Below are positions 29,623 through 39,408 of a DNA stretch of 64,000 bases, piece by piece. How positions within the stretch are numbered: position 1 is the stretch's first letter; every line of letters begins with the position of its first letter. The notes under the pieces are model-generated. The model did no database searches. It saw only the letters and a list, made by a program, of their open reading frames with translations, and was not told the DNA's origin. The position numbers and the translations under genes are program-made. Source of the DNA: Candidatus Latescibacterota bacterium (GTDB taxonomy: Bacteria; Latescibacterota; UBA2968; UBA8231); the NCBI GenBank assembly GCA_965221775.1, contig CBDCSU010000004.1, positions 544,001 through 608,000 of the forward strand, read 5' to 3'.

Positions 29623-30606
29623 GTGGCAGCGAATTCAAGCCTCTCTTCCGATCCGTACACCGCCGCTGCACGGGGGGCGGCTCTCCTCGACGCCTGCGGC
29701 CGGGGGCGCATCCTGTTCACGGGCCCCGACCACCTCGACTTCCTGCACCGGATGTCGACCAACGGGATCGCCGGGAGCGCTGTTGGCCAAGGCCTGGAGA
29801 CGGTGTTCTGCGACTCCCGTGGGCGGATCGTTCAGGTCGCTGACCTGAGCCGCACCGCCGAGGAAGAGACCACCGCTTTCGTCGAGGATTCCCCGGCGTT
29901 GCTCGCTTGGCTCGAGCCCTACCGGTTTGCCGAGCGCATGGAGTGGACGGACATCACCGGGGCTACAGGGCAGATCGAGCTACTGGGACCCGCCGCGGCG
30001 GAGGTCTCTCGATCAACCCTCGGTGCGGACCCCGGGGAGTCTGCAGCCATCCTTCCCCCCGGCGGGCCCCTGTTGGGGATGCGGCGCCGGATGGGCGGTT
30101 CACCGACTCTACGCCTGTGGGGGCCGCGCACCGAGATCGAGCGATGTCGCCGCCGGCTGCTGGCCGCGGGAGCGGCTGAACTCGACGCCCGGACCTGGGA
30201 GATTCTGCGAGTCGAGTGGGGGCTTCCCGCGGCGGGTCGCGAGCTGACCCTGGACCACAATCCCTGGGAGGCCGGTCTGGGAGACGCCGTCCACATGGAC
30301 AAGGGGTGCTACATCGGTCAGGAGGTCGTCGCCCGCCTGGATACCTACCAGAAGGTGAAGCAGCACCTCGTCGGCCTGCGCCCCAACCGGGAGATCCGGC
30401 CCGGCGCGCAGGTGAAGGCCGGAGGCAGGCCCGCGGGCCTGGTGACCAGCAGCGTCTCGTCGCCCAGGCTTGGGCTACTCGCCCTGGCCTACGTGCGTAC
30501 CGACTACTGCCGGCCCGGAACGCACCTGTCCGTGGACGGCGCAGCGGCCGTAGTCAGCGGCCTTCCATTCGACCCGGATTGGCGCCCGGACGGGCCGGGC
30601 CGGTGA
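29623..30606 (+). CDS. ygfZ: YgfZ/GcvT-family folate-binding protein (start uncertain)
   Basis: KGCYIGQEVVAR signature, DFLHRMSTN. Confidence 0.9.
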   Translation: MAANSSLSSDPYTAAARGAALLDACGRGRILFTGPDHLDFLHRMSTNGIAGSAVGQGLETVFCDSRGRIVQVADLSRTAEEETTAFVEDSPALLAWLEPYRFAERMEWTDITGATGQIELLGPAAAEVSRSTLGADPGESAAILPPGGPLLGMRRRMGGSPTLRLWGPRTEIERCRRRLLAAGAAELDARTWEILRVEWGLPAAGRELTLDHNPWEAGLGDAVHMDKGCYIGQEVVARLDTYQKVKQHLVGLRPNREIRPGAQVKAGGRPAGLVTSSVSSPRLGLLALAYVRTDYCRPGTHLSVDGAAAVVSGLPFDPDWRPDGPGR

Positions 30607-31703
30607 GCGGCGGCCGCAAGATCATTCACATCGACATGGACGCGTTCTACGCCTCCGTGGAGCAACGGGACGATCCGAGCCTCCGGGGACGGCCCGTCGT
30701 AGTCGGCGGCAATCCCGAAGGGCGAGGCGTGGTCGCCGCGGCCTCGTACGAGGCCCGTGCCTTCGGGGTGCGCTCGGCCATGCCGATGCGAACGGCACTG
30801 CGGCTGTGCCCCGAGGCGGTCCGGGCAGCCCCTGACTTCGGCCGATACAGGGAGGTCTCCCGGCAGATCCGGGAGATCTTCCACCAGCACACGGACCTGG
30901 TCGAGCCCCTCGCCCTCGACGAGGCGTATCTGGACGTCACCCGCAACAAACTCGGAATCCCTTTCGGCCACCGCGTGGCTCGCACGATCAAGGCCGAGAT
31001 CCGCCACCGGCTCCGACTCACCGCCTCGGCCGGTGTCGCGCCCTGCAAGTTCGTCGCCAAGATCGCCTCCGACCTCGAAAAGCCCGATGGGCTGGTCACC
31101 GTCATGCCCCACCAGGTGCGGGAATTCCTCCACCCCCTGAGTGTTGAGCGGATCCCGGGTGTCGGAAAGGTGACCCAACAGCAGCTGCAGTCCCTGGGAT
31201 ACGAGACCATCGGACAACTGGCACAGGCGGATCCCTCCCGGCTCGAGGAGCGCTTCGGCAAGCGCGGCCGATACCTGCACCAGCGGGCCCTGGGTATCGA
31301 CGATGGACCTGTGACGACCGAGAGGGAGCCGAAGCAGGTGAGCTCCGAGTCGACCTTCCCCGCCGATCTCTTCGATCCGGAGGAGATGCACGGCGCGCTG
31401 CGAACCCTCACGGAAGAGGTGGCCGGCCGGCTGCGGCGGCGGGGGCTTGCGGGCCGAACGGTGATGCTCAAGGTCCGCTACCCCGACTTCGAGACAGTCA
31501 CCCGGGCGCAGACGGGAAGTCTGCCTCTCGACCGCTGCGAGCCGATGCTGAGGATCGCCGTCGACCTGCTGGGCCGGACCGACGCGGTGCGCAGGGGGGT
31601 CCGGCTCCTCGGGGTCGGCCTCTCTCACTTTGGCGACCGTGAGACTCCGGAGACGGCGCGGCAGTTGGACCTATTCGTAGGGGACGAGTCCTCCCATGCC
31701 TGA
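30603..31703 (+). CDS. dinB: DNA polymerase IV
   Basis: HIDMDAFYASVEQ, AASYEAR, LDEAYLD, KIASD..KPDG; GTG start overlaps upstream TGA. Confidence 0.96.
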   Translation: MSGGRKIIHIDMDAFYASVEQRDDPSLRGRPVVVGGNPEGRGVVAAASYEARAFGVRSAMPMRTALRLCPEAVRAAPDFGRYREVSRQIREIFHQHTDLVEPLALDEAYLDVTRNKLGIPFGHRVARTIKAEIRHRLRLTASAGVAPCKFVAKIASDLEKPDGLVTVMPHQVREFLHPLSVERIPGVGKVTQQQLQSLGYETIGQLAQADPSRLEERFGKRGRYLHQRALGIDDGPVTTEREPKQVSSESTFPADLFDPEEMHGALRTLTEEVAGRLRRRGLAGRTVMLKVRYPDFETVTRAQTGSLPLDRCEPMLRIAVDLLGRTDAVRRGVRLLGVGLSHFGDRETPETARQLDLFVGDESSHA

Positions 31704-31711
31704 CCCGAGGG

Positions 31712-32233
31712 CTACTCGTGGAGGCCAGGCTGGTAGAGGCCGACGCTGTAGAACTCGTACGACGCCGCCTTGTCGGGGAAGTCGACGACGTGGACGGTGA
31801 ATCTGGAGGGCACCCCGGTGTGGGCCATGTGATCGCGGAAGAAGCCGCTGTAGGCCTCGGCGTATTCCTTGTAGAGGCGCTGCTGCTCGGCCAGGTACCC
31901 CTCCGGGTCGAGGCGGGGGTCGGGGGCCTTCGGCTGTGAGGCGAAGGCGTGAACCTCCACGAAGTCGATCCGCGCTATGGAGTCGCAGATCCCGGCTTGC
32001 TGCAGCCACTTCTCCCAGCAGCGGAAGACCAACTCCACCTCGACCGAAGGCTCCATGGTGACCAGCTCGTCCCGCTCGAGGATCCCGCGGGCGGAGTGCC
32101 CCCCGGTCAGACCGGCGAAGTAGATCCTCAGGTCCCCACCATTGAGCTTCTCGGTGACGAGGGCCGAGAGAGTGGGATGATCCCCACCATAGTAGTAGGT
32201 GAGGCGACCTCGCTCCTTGACGTTGAAAGCCAT
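31712..32233 (-). CDS. Hypothetical protein, probable divergent Rid/YjgF/UK114-fold
   Basis: Strong SD; motif order resembles Rid family (IYFAG, LQQAG, YSGFF, PSRFTV, YEF). Confidence 0.6.
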   Translation of the reverse strand: MAFNVKERGRLTYYYGGDHPTLSALVTEKLNGGDLRIYFAGLTGGHSARGILERDELVTMEPSVEVELVFRCWEKWLQQAGICDSIARIDFVEVHAFASQPKAPDPRLDPEGYLAEQQRLYKEYAEAYSGFFRDHMAHTGVPSRFTVHVVDFPDKAASYEFYSVGLYQPGLHE

Positions 32234-32246
32234 CTCCTCTCCTTCC

Positions 32247-35123
32247 TCAGGCCAGGGCCTCGGTCAGTACCTCGGCCCAGTGGCGGGCCTTGCGGCCCGT
32301 GGCGTCGGCGATCTGATGGCGACATGAGGTGCCGGCCGCGGCGATCTCTGCTCGCGGATCCCCTGACACCACCTCGAACAGACGCTCCCGGCCGACCTCC
32401 AGGGAGACATCGTAGTGCTCCCGTTCGTACCCGAAGCTGCCCGCCATTCCACAGCAGCCGGAGGGGATCTCCTCTACCTGGTACCCGGGAGGAGCAGCCA
32501 GCAGCTCGAGCGTGTCCTTGGTGTTTCCCAGCGCCTTCTGATGGCAATGGCCGTGGAGCAGGATGCGTCTCTTCAGGTCCGTGAAGTCGAGCGTGGATCC
32601 GCCCTCGGTGCGCCCGACGAGGAACTCATCGAGGAGGAATAGATTGCCGGCCACGCTGCGGGCGGCGTCGGCGTCCTCGGCGAGATCGAGGTAGTCGTCG
32701 CGGTAAGTGGAGGCGCAGCTGGGCTCGACAGCGACCACGGGCCAGCCTCGGTCGGAATACTCCGCAAGAGCCTGGAGGTTCGCCGCGGCACGGCCCTTCG
32801 CCTCCCTGAGAAATCCCTTCGAGATCAGCGGGCGCCCGCAGCACAGTCGACGCCGGGGCAAGACGACGTCGAAGCCCGCCGACTCGAGCAGGTTCACCGC
32901 CGCGCGGCCGACCTGGGGATCGTTGTACTCGGTGAAAGTGTCGTTGTAGAAGACGACGGTGCCCCGGCTCCCGCCACCAGTGGGGGAACGCCCGCGGAAC
33001 CAGCGGGAGAAGGTGGGGCTCGCCAGGGCCGGCATGCGGCGTCGGCGATCGATGCCGAGGAGGCGATCCATCAGCCAGCGGCTCGGCCTGGCGTGCATGA
33101 GGGGGTTTGCCAGCCGGGAGATGGGGGCCATCCAGCGATTGAGCCGGTCGATCCGCGCGAAGAGGTGAGAGCGGAGGGGATAGCCGTGCCGCTGGTGGTA
33201 GCGGGCGAGGAATTCGTACTTGAGCTTGGCCATGTCGACGCTCGATGGGCACTCGGACTTGCAGGCCTTGCACTCGAGGCAGAGGTCCATCGCCTCGTAC
33301 AGATGGTCGCTCTCGAGGCCCCCGGGCAAGCGGCCGCTCAGGGCGGCGCGCAAGGCGTTGGCGCGCCCGCGGGTGCTGTGCTGTTCCTCGAGAGTGGCCA
33401 TGTACGAGGGACACATGGTACCCACGAGCTTCTTGCGGCACTGACCGACTCCGGAGCACATCTCCACGGCCTGCTGAAGTCCACCGGCCTCGTCGTAGCG
33501 GAACCAGGTCGCCTCTTGCACCTCCGGGTAGCCGGTGCCGTAGCGAAGGTTGGCATCCATCGGTGGGGGGTCCACGATCTTGCCGGGGTTCAGAACCCCG
33601 TCCGGGTCAAAGGCCGCCTTGACCCTGGCAAAAGCCCGGGGCAGGCGGGGGCCGAACATCTTCTCGATCCACTCGCTGCGGGCCAGGCCATCCCCGTGCT
33701 CGGCCGACATGGCCCCTCCGTATTCGAGAACCCAGTCGCTCATCCGCTCCTCGAGGGCCCGAAGGGTGGCGATGCCGTCCCTCGCCTTCAGGTCGAGAAC
33801 CGGGCGGATGTGAATGACGCCGACACTGGCGTGGCCATAGTAGGTAGCCTGTGCCACTCCCTGCTCGGCCATGAGCGACTGTACGCGGGCGATGTACTCC
33901 GGCAGATGCTCCACGGGCACACTCGTGTCCTCGACGCCTGCTGTCGGCTTGGCGTCCCCCTTCAGACCCATCAGCAGACCGAGTCCCGCCTTGCGCAGAT
34001 CCCAGATGTCCTTCTGCTCCTCGGGCGTGAAGGCGCGTACGTAGGCATACCCGAGCCCTGCACCTCTCAGCCTCGCCTCGAGGTCCTCGCATCGGTCCCG
34101 GAGCTCCGCCTGGCTCTCCCCGTAGTACTCCACGCAGAGCAGGGCTTCCGGATCCCCCTGGAGGAAGCCGCGCCGGGACTGGTAGGACAGCTGGCCCCGG
34201 GTCTGGTCCATCAGCACGCGATCCATCAACTCCGAAGCCGCCGGAGCGGTGCCCACCGCGTGCAGGTTGGCCTCCATCGCCTCCACCAGATCCTCGAAGT
34301 GACAGGCGACCACGACGCTGCAGAGCGGCCGCTCCACCAGGCGCACCTTGGCTTCGACAACGGCGCACAGGGTCCCCTCGGAGCCGACGACGATCTTGCT
34401 CAGGTCGAAAGGGGCCTCAGGGGCGGTGAGGGCGTCGAGGTTGTAACCGGACACCCTGCGCATCACCTTGGGGAAGCGCTCTTCGATCTCGGCGGCGTAG
34501 TCGTCCACAACCCGCCGTACCTCTCGGTAGGCGCCCCCTTCGATTCCGGGGCGCCGAAAACGCTCCTCGAGCTCGGATGAGGCCAGGGGACCGAGGGTGG
34601 CTGTAGAGCCGTCGCTGAGCACGACTCCAAGCTCCAGCACATGATCGACCGTCCGTCCGTGGATTATGGAGTGAGAGCCACAGGAGTTGTTGCCGATCAT
34701 GCCGCCGAGGTTGGCCCTGCTGCTGGTGGACACATCCGGACCGAACTGCAGGCCGTGGGGTGCCACGGCAGCATTCAACTCGTCGAGAACGACGCCGGGC
34801 TGCACCCGGGCCCACCTCGCCTCGGCATCTACCTCCAGGATGCGGTTCATGTGCCTGGAAAAGTCGATCTGCAGGCCCTCGCCCACCGTCTGGCCGGCGA
34901 GACTGGTGCCGCCTCCGCGCGGCAGGACGGGGACTCCCCTTTCCCTGGCGGTGCGGATCGTATGGGAGACATCGTCGACCGAGCGCGGCAGCACCACCCC
35001 GGCCGGGGCGATCTCGTAGATGCTCGCATCCGTCGAGTACAAGGTCCGGGCCAGGGCATCGAGGCGGACCTCGCCTTCGATACCGGCTGCGATCGCCTCC
35101 TCGATGTTGCCTGTCTCTCTCAA
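32247..35123 (-). CDS. FAD-binding and Fe-S-binding oxidoreductase (GlcD-GlcF fusion, YdiJ-like)
   Basis: PRGGGTSLAGQ, GSEGTL, SAEHGDG, CSGVGQC, CLECKACKSECP, HGHCHQK, CCGMAG. Confidence 0.92.
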   Translation of the reverse strand: MRETGNIEEAIAAGIEGEVRLDALARTLYSTDASIYEIAPAGVVLPRSVDDVSHTIRTARERGVPVLPRGGGTSLAGQTVGEGLQIDFSRHMNRILEVDAEARWARVQPGVVLDELNAAVAPHGLQFGPDVSTSSRANLGGMIGNNSCGSHSIIHGRTVDHVLELGVVLSDGSTATLGPLASSELEERFRRPGIEGGAYREVRRVVDDYAAEIEERFPKVMRRVSGYNLDALTAPEAPFDLSKIVVGSEGTLCAVVEAKVRLVERPLCSVVVACHFEDLVEAMEANLHAVGTAPAASELMDRVLMDQTRGQLSYQSRRGFLQGDPEALLCVEYYGESQAELRDRCEDLEARLRGAGLGYAYVRAFTPEEQKDIWDLRKAGLGLLMGLKGDAKPTAGVEDTSVPVEHLPEYIARVQSLMAEQGVAQATYYGHASVGVIHIRPVLDLKARDGIATLRALEERMSDWVLEYGGAMSAEHGDGLARSEWIEKMFGPRLPRAFARVKAAFDPDGVLNPGKIVDPPPMDANLRYGTGYPEVQEATWFRYDEAGGLQQAVEMCSGVGQCRKKLVGTMCPSYMATLEEQHSTRGRANALRAALSGRLPGGLESDHLYEAMDLCLECKACKSECPSSVDMAKLKYEFLARYHQRHGYPLRSHLFARIDRLNRWMAPISRLANPLMHARPSRWLMDRLLGIDRRRRMPALASPTFSRWFRGRSPTGGGSRGTVVFYNDTFTEYNDPQVGRAAVNLLESAGFDVVLPRRRLCCGRPLISKGFLREAKGRAAANLQALAEYSDRGWPVVAVEPSCASTYRDDYLDLAEDADAARSVAGNLFLLDEFLVGRTEGGSTLDFTDLKRRILLHGHCHQKALGNTKDTLELLAAPPGYQVEEIPSGCCGMAGSFGYEREHYDVSLEVGRERLFEVVSGDPRAEIAAAGTSCRHQIADATGRKARHWAEVLTEALA

Positions 35124-35256
35124 GAGGGCACTGTCCGAGGGGCGGCGACGACTCTCACCGCCGCCGCAACTGGCAAGGCACAGCGCTCTGCGCGTCCCTT
35201 ACCGGCCACCTGACCCGATCCTGACCAAGAAACCGGGCAAAAGCGCAATATTTTGG

Positions 35257-35285
35257 TTGACACCTGGTGAATACCCCCATATCTT
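35257..35285 (+). promoter_or_regulatory. Sigma70-type promoter upstream of zapA
   Basis: TTGACA-17 nt-TATCTT. Confidence 0.75.
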
Positions 35286-35317
35286 GTGACCTACCACGTG
35301 GTAATGCGCGCAGTAGA

Positions 35318-35366
35318 GGGGGCTTCCGGGAGTAAGGGGAGATCGCGGAAGTCCCCCATTTTTTTT
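35318..35366 (+). terminator. Intrinsic terminator between promoter and zapA
   Basis: GGGGGCTTCCG/CGGAAGTCCCC 11-bp stem followed by an 8-T run. Confidence 0.7.
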
Positions 35367-35410
35367 GCTGCCGGAACTCTCCACCCGCATTCTGGAGCCG
35401 TTGCGTCGTT

Positions 35411-35740
35411 ATGTCCGGCAAGGAAAGTACGATCGTGACGATTTTCGGGCATCAATACCGAATCGCCGCCGATGCTGCCGACGCGAAGCACGTGGAGACG
35501 GTGGCAGGCCTTCTGGACAGCCGCATGCGGCGGATCACTGCCTCGACCCAGAGAAAGGTAGCCTTGGAGGCCGCCATCCAAGCAGCGATGGAGTTTGCCG
35601 ACGAGGTGCTGAGGGCGCGGGAGGAGCGTGACCGGTTGCTGAAGGGTGCGGATGAGCATTTCAGCCGCTTCACCCGCAAGCTCGGAGACGAAGCATCCAC
35701 GGACCTGCTGGCCGAAGACCCGCCAGCGCCCCGCTTCTAG
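35411..35740 (+). CDS. zapA: Cell division protein ZapA
   Basis: VTIFGHQYRI, VAGLLDSRMRRI, AAMEFADE, C-terminal coiled coil. Confidence 0.85.
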   Translation: MSGKESTIVTIFGHQYRIAADAADAKHVETVAGLLDSRMRRITASTQRKVALEAAIQAAMEFADEVLRAREERDRLLKGADEHFSRFTRKLGDEASTDLLAEDPPAPRF

Positions 35741-35802
35741 CTTCCCCCCCGGCCCGGCCCAGAGCCCACCGGCCACGGTCGCTTGCCGCTGCCTTCACCC
35801 CT

Positions 35803-36321
35803 TCAGATCGGGTGAAGGATCATCGACATCTCCCTGCCTTCCATCTGTGGCAACTGGTCGACGGCGGCTACATCCTCCATCTTCTTCGCCACATCCTCCA
35901 TCACCTCCCGGCCCCGGTCGCGGTAGGCCATCATGCGCCCCAGGAACCGCATGCTGACCTTGACTCGATATCCGTGACCGATGAACTCGCGGATGTGTCC
36001 GAGGCGGTACTGAAGGTCGTGCTCGGAGATGTACATCTTGATGCGCACCGTCTTCATCTGCACGTTGTGTTGCTTCTTGCGCGCCTCCTTGGCCTTCTTC
36101 TCCTTGTCGTACCGGTACTTGCCGTAGTCCATGATGCGACAGACCGGCGGGCGCGCCTCTGGGGCGACTTCCACCAGGTCGAGGTCTACCTGCTCGGCCA
36201 TCTGCATCGCCTGAGAGGTGTCGATGACGCCGACCTGCTCTCCGTCGGCGCCGATCAGGCGAACCTGGGGGACCCGGATGGAGTCGTTGATTCTGGTGAA
36301 GGACTGTTGCTGTTTGGCGAT
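35803..36321 (-). CDS. infC: Translation initiation factor IF-3, non-canonical ATC start
   Basis: RINDSIRVPQVRLIG, LDLVEVAP, PPVCRIMDYGKY; GGAGG 8 nt before ATC. Confidence 0.95.
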   Translation of the reverse strand: MAKQQQSFTRINDSIRVPQVRLIGADGEQVGVIDTSQAMQMAEQVDLDLVEVAPEARPPVCRIMDYGKYRYDKEKKAKEARKKQHNVQMKTVRIKMYISEHDLQYRLGHIREFIGHGYRVKVSMRFLGRMMAYRDRGREVMEDVAKKMEDVAAVDQLPQMEGREMSMILHPI

Positions 36322-36466
36322 GGGCGTTGCCTCCGCAGGAGTCGTGGATGGATATAGGGGAAGGGGAATATAGCCGCCCGCGATGGGAGCGAGCAACATG
36401 CACGCGCCGCCCGGGGGCGTCTCCGGGGCCGCACTCCGACGGCGCCAGGAGAGTTGGAGCATAGGG

Positions 36467-37489
36467 ATGCGGGAGTACGACGTGTACGGCATCGGACATG
36501 CCCTCGTGGACCTGCAGTTCTCCGTGGAGGATTCGCTGTTGCGCGAGTTCGGGATCCCCAAAGGGGTCATGACCCTCGTCGATGAAGGGCGCCGCCGAGA
36601 GATCATCGACCGGCTCTCCAATCCGGTGAACCGGGCCTCCGGCGGCTCCGCCGCCAACACGGTGATCACCGTGGCTCGCTTCGGGGGACGGGCCCGCTAT
36701 GCCTTTCAGGTGGGAGAGGATGATTGGGGCCGATTCTACCGGGACGACTTGACCGCAGCGGGTGTCGACAGCAGTCCCGCCTGCCGGGTCCCGGGCGAGA
36801 CGGGGCAGTGCCTGGTGATGGTCACGCCCGACGCCGAGCGCACGATGCAGACCTTCCTGGGCGCAAGTGGCACCATGGGGCCGCACCAGGTGGACGCCGA
36901 GAACATCGCCGCGAGCCGCTTCGTCTACCTCGAGGGATATCTGCTTGCCACGGAGGTGGGCTTCCGGGCCTGTCGCCTGGCATCCGCCATCGCCCGGGAA
37001 GGGGGTGTCGAGGTTTCCCTCACCCTCAGCGATCCCTCCGTGGTCGAAGCCTTCCGGGACCGTTTCGAGATACTCGCCGCCGACGGGGTGGACCTCCTCT
37101 TCTGCAACGAGGAGGAGGCCGCCGCCTTCACCGGGGTCGGCGACCGCCAGGAGGCCATTCTGAGACTCCTTGACCTCTCCTCCCGGGTCTGCGTGACACT
37201 GGGTGCCGGGGGAGCTCTGACCGCCGAGGGAGGCTCCCCTCCCCGCCTTGTGCAAGGAGTAGAGGCCCGGGCCGTGGACACCACCGGAGCGGGCGACACC
37301 TTCGCCGGGGGCGTGCTCTACGGGTTGGCCCGCGGGTTCTCGCTCAAGGAGTCGGCGAGACTCGGAAATTACGCCGCCGCCGTGGTGGTCTCGGTCTTCG
37401 GACCACGGCTCGGGATCGGAGTGGGCCCGCTCGTGGACGAGATTCTCCAGGACCGGGCACCACCCCCCGCCGCCTTGATCACGGGATGA
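36467..37489 (+). CDS. PfkB-family carbohydrate/adenosine kinase
   Basis: GGSAANT, YLEGY, CNEEEA, DTTGAGDTFAGG. Confidence 0.92.
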   Translation: MREYDVYGIGHALVDLQFSVEDSLLREFGIPKGVMTLVDEGRRREIIDRLSNPVNRASGGSAANTVITVARFGGRARYAFQVGEDDWGRFYRDDLTAAGVDSSPACRVPGETGQCLVMVTPDAERTMQTFLGASGTMGPHQVDAENIAASRFVYLEGYLLATEVGFRACRLASAIAREGGVEVSLTLSDPSVVEAFRDRFEILAADGVDLLFCNEEEAAAFTGVGDRQEAILRLLDLSSRVCVTLGAGGALTAEGGSPPRLVQGVEARAVDTTGAGDTFAGGVLYGLARGFSLKESARLGNYAAAVVVSVFGPRLGIGVGPLVDEILQDRAPPPAALITG

Positions 37490-37499
37490 GGAAGGCCAG

Positions 37500-38456
37500 A
37501 TGAGGATACTCGTTTACTTCGACTTCACCGCTGACCAGATCGACGAGCTCGTGCAGTTGGCCCACCGCCATGGCGACCACGAGGTCGTGGTCGCCGGGGA
37601 CGCGTCCTCCGCCGAAGACCTGGCTTCCACCGCCGAGGTGCTTCTCGGCCACTTCCCGGAGTCCGTGGTCGCCGCGTCACCGGGGCTGAGGTGGATCCAG
37701 TCCCACAGCGCCGGCATGGATGGATTCCTCCATCCCTCCGTGCTGGAGCGCGAGGAGGTGGTGGTGACGAACATGGCCGGGCTGTACGCACCTCAGGGCG
37801 GGGAGCACGCCTGGGCCCTGCTGCTGGCTCTCACCCGCGGTCTGCTACCGTCGGTCCGGAGCATGGTCGACCGCCGATGGCGAGGTGGCAAGACCTTCGA
37901 GCTCGCCGGGGGTACTCTCGGACTGGTCGGCCTCGGGGGCTTCGGGTTGGAGACGGCGAAGCGAGCCGCCGGGTACGACATGACCCTGCTGGCCCTGGAC
38001 CCCGTCCGTCTCGACCCGCCGGAAGGCGTAGAGGAGGTGCGCCCACCCGAGCGGGAAAACCTGATCTGGCTGCTCTCGGAGTCGGACGCCATCGTCGTCT
38101 GCTGTCCCTTGACCGAGGAGACGAGACACATGATCGGCCCGGAGGAGCTCGCTGTGATGAAGCCCTCCGCCTACCTCATCTGCGTCAGCCGGGGCGGCAT
38201 CATCGATGAGAGCGCCCTTATCGAGGCGCTGCGGACGGAGGGGCTCGCCGGGGCCGGGCTCGATGTCTGCGAGAACGAGCCCCTCCCACCGGACAGCCCG
38301 CTGTGGGAAGCGCCGAATCTGATCCTGACCCCGCACTGCGCCGGCGCATCCCAGCACCGCCCGCGCAAGACCTTCGAGTTCTTTCGCGACAACCTCGGGC
38401 GCTATCTGCGGGGGGAGCCGCTGGCCAACGTCGTGGACAAGCACAAGGGCTATTAG
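37500..38456 (+). CDS. D-2-hydroxyacid dehydrogenase
   Basis: GLVGLGGFG, PLTEET, SRGGIIDE, LDVCENEPL, LTPH. Confidence 0.93.
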   Translation: MRILVYFDFTADQIDELVQLAHRHGDHEVVVAGDASSAEDLASTAEVLLGHFPESVVAASPGLRWIQSHSAGMDGFLHPSVLEREEVVVTNMAGLYAPQGGEHAWALLLALTRGLLPSVRSMVDRRWRGGKTFELAGGTLGLVGLGGFGLETAKRAAGYDMTLLALDPVRLDPPEGVEEVRPPERENLIWLLSESDAIVVCCPLTEETRHMIGPEELAVMKPSAYLICVSRGGIIDESALIEALRTEGLAGAGLDVCENEPLPPDSPLWEAPNLILTPHCAGASQHRPRKTFEFFRDNLGRYLRGEPLANVVDKHKGY

Positions 38457-38542
38457 CGCGCCGCCGGATGGCCGGGCCCCGCCGCGTTCCCTCAACGCGA
38501 CCGAAACCCCTGCGATGCTACAGGAGCGTCGCGCCCCTGGCC

Positions 38543-39349
38543 TCAGAAGCCGATGGAGCGGACATACTCCCGCATGGCGGTGCTGCGCCGGCTCTCGCTG
38601 ACCGGATCCTCGCCTTCGTACGCCGGCTCCCCCGGGCAGCAGGTCACGACACGGTCAAAGCCGATCTCGCCGAGGGCCCGCATCACCGAGGGAAAGTCGA
38701 CCCCCTGCGCTTCCCCGACCGATACCCACTTCGGATGGTAGCGCCCCTCCTCGTCCCTTGTACAGGAGGAGTAGTCCTGCAAATGGACGTAGTTGAGCTG
38801 GGAACGGAAGTCGTGCAGCGATGCCACGGGGTCGTAGCCCCAGAGCTTGGCGTGGGAGACGTCGATGCAGAGACCGGTTCTGTTCACGCGGCTCATGTAC
38901 AGCTTCCAATGACCGATGGAATCGACCAGGCAGTTCGTGTGGATGTGGTAGCTGATCTCGAGGCCCAGGCCGGCAGCGTACTCCGCCCAGGTCTCGGCCC
39001 CGTCGGCGGCGGCGAGAACGTCGTCGTCGGTGACCTCCCGGCCCTCGGGCTTGCCCCCGTTCATGAACATGAAGCAGTCGGCGCCCATCTCGGCGGCGAA
39101 CTCCATTCGCCGGCGGTTGCGTTCCACCATCTCCCAGCTGCGGTGGTCCGGGGTCCCGGCCGCGGTATAGACGGCCATGGGCATGCCCGCATCTTCGCAC
39201 ACCCGTCGCAGACGGCCTGGCGGTCCGAGCCAGTCGAGGGGAAGCCGCCCCTCCCAACCATCCCAGCCCGCCTCCTTCAAGGCCGCCAGGGCCGCCGGGA
39301 GGTCCGGATTGCGCCAGCGCAGCGTGCTGTAGCAGATGCTCAACCCCAT
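38543..39349 (-). CDS. Sugar phosphate isomerase/epimerase (IolE-like TIM barrel)
   Basis: ISYHIH, LCIDVSH, YVHLQD, VGEAQGVDF. Confidence 0.8.
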   Translation of the reverse strand: MGLSICYSTLRWRNPDLPAALAALKEAGWDGWEGRLPLDWLGPPGRLRRVCEDAGMPMAVYTAAGTPDHRSWEMVERNRRRMEFAAEMGADCFMFMNGGKPEGREVTDDDVLAAADGAETWAEYAAGLGLEISYHIHTNCLVDSIGHWKLYMSRVNRTGLCIDVSHAKLWGYDPVASLHDFRSQLNYVHLQDYSSCTRDEEGRYHPKWVSVGEAQGVDFPSVMRALGEIGFDRVVTCCPGEPAYEGEDPVSESRRSTAMREYVRSIGF

Positions 39350-39408
39350 GGAGATGATCCCCTTTCCGCCTCCACGCCGGCAGCCACCGGGCAGCGAAGA
39401 CGAGCGTG

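Noticed and set aside
35741-35802. 6S RNA downstream of zapA
   Set aside because: Only about 60 nt before the convergent infC stop; too short.
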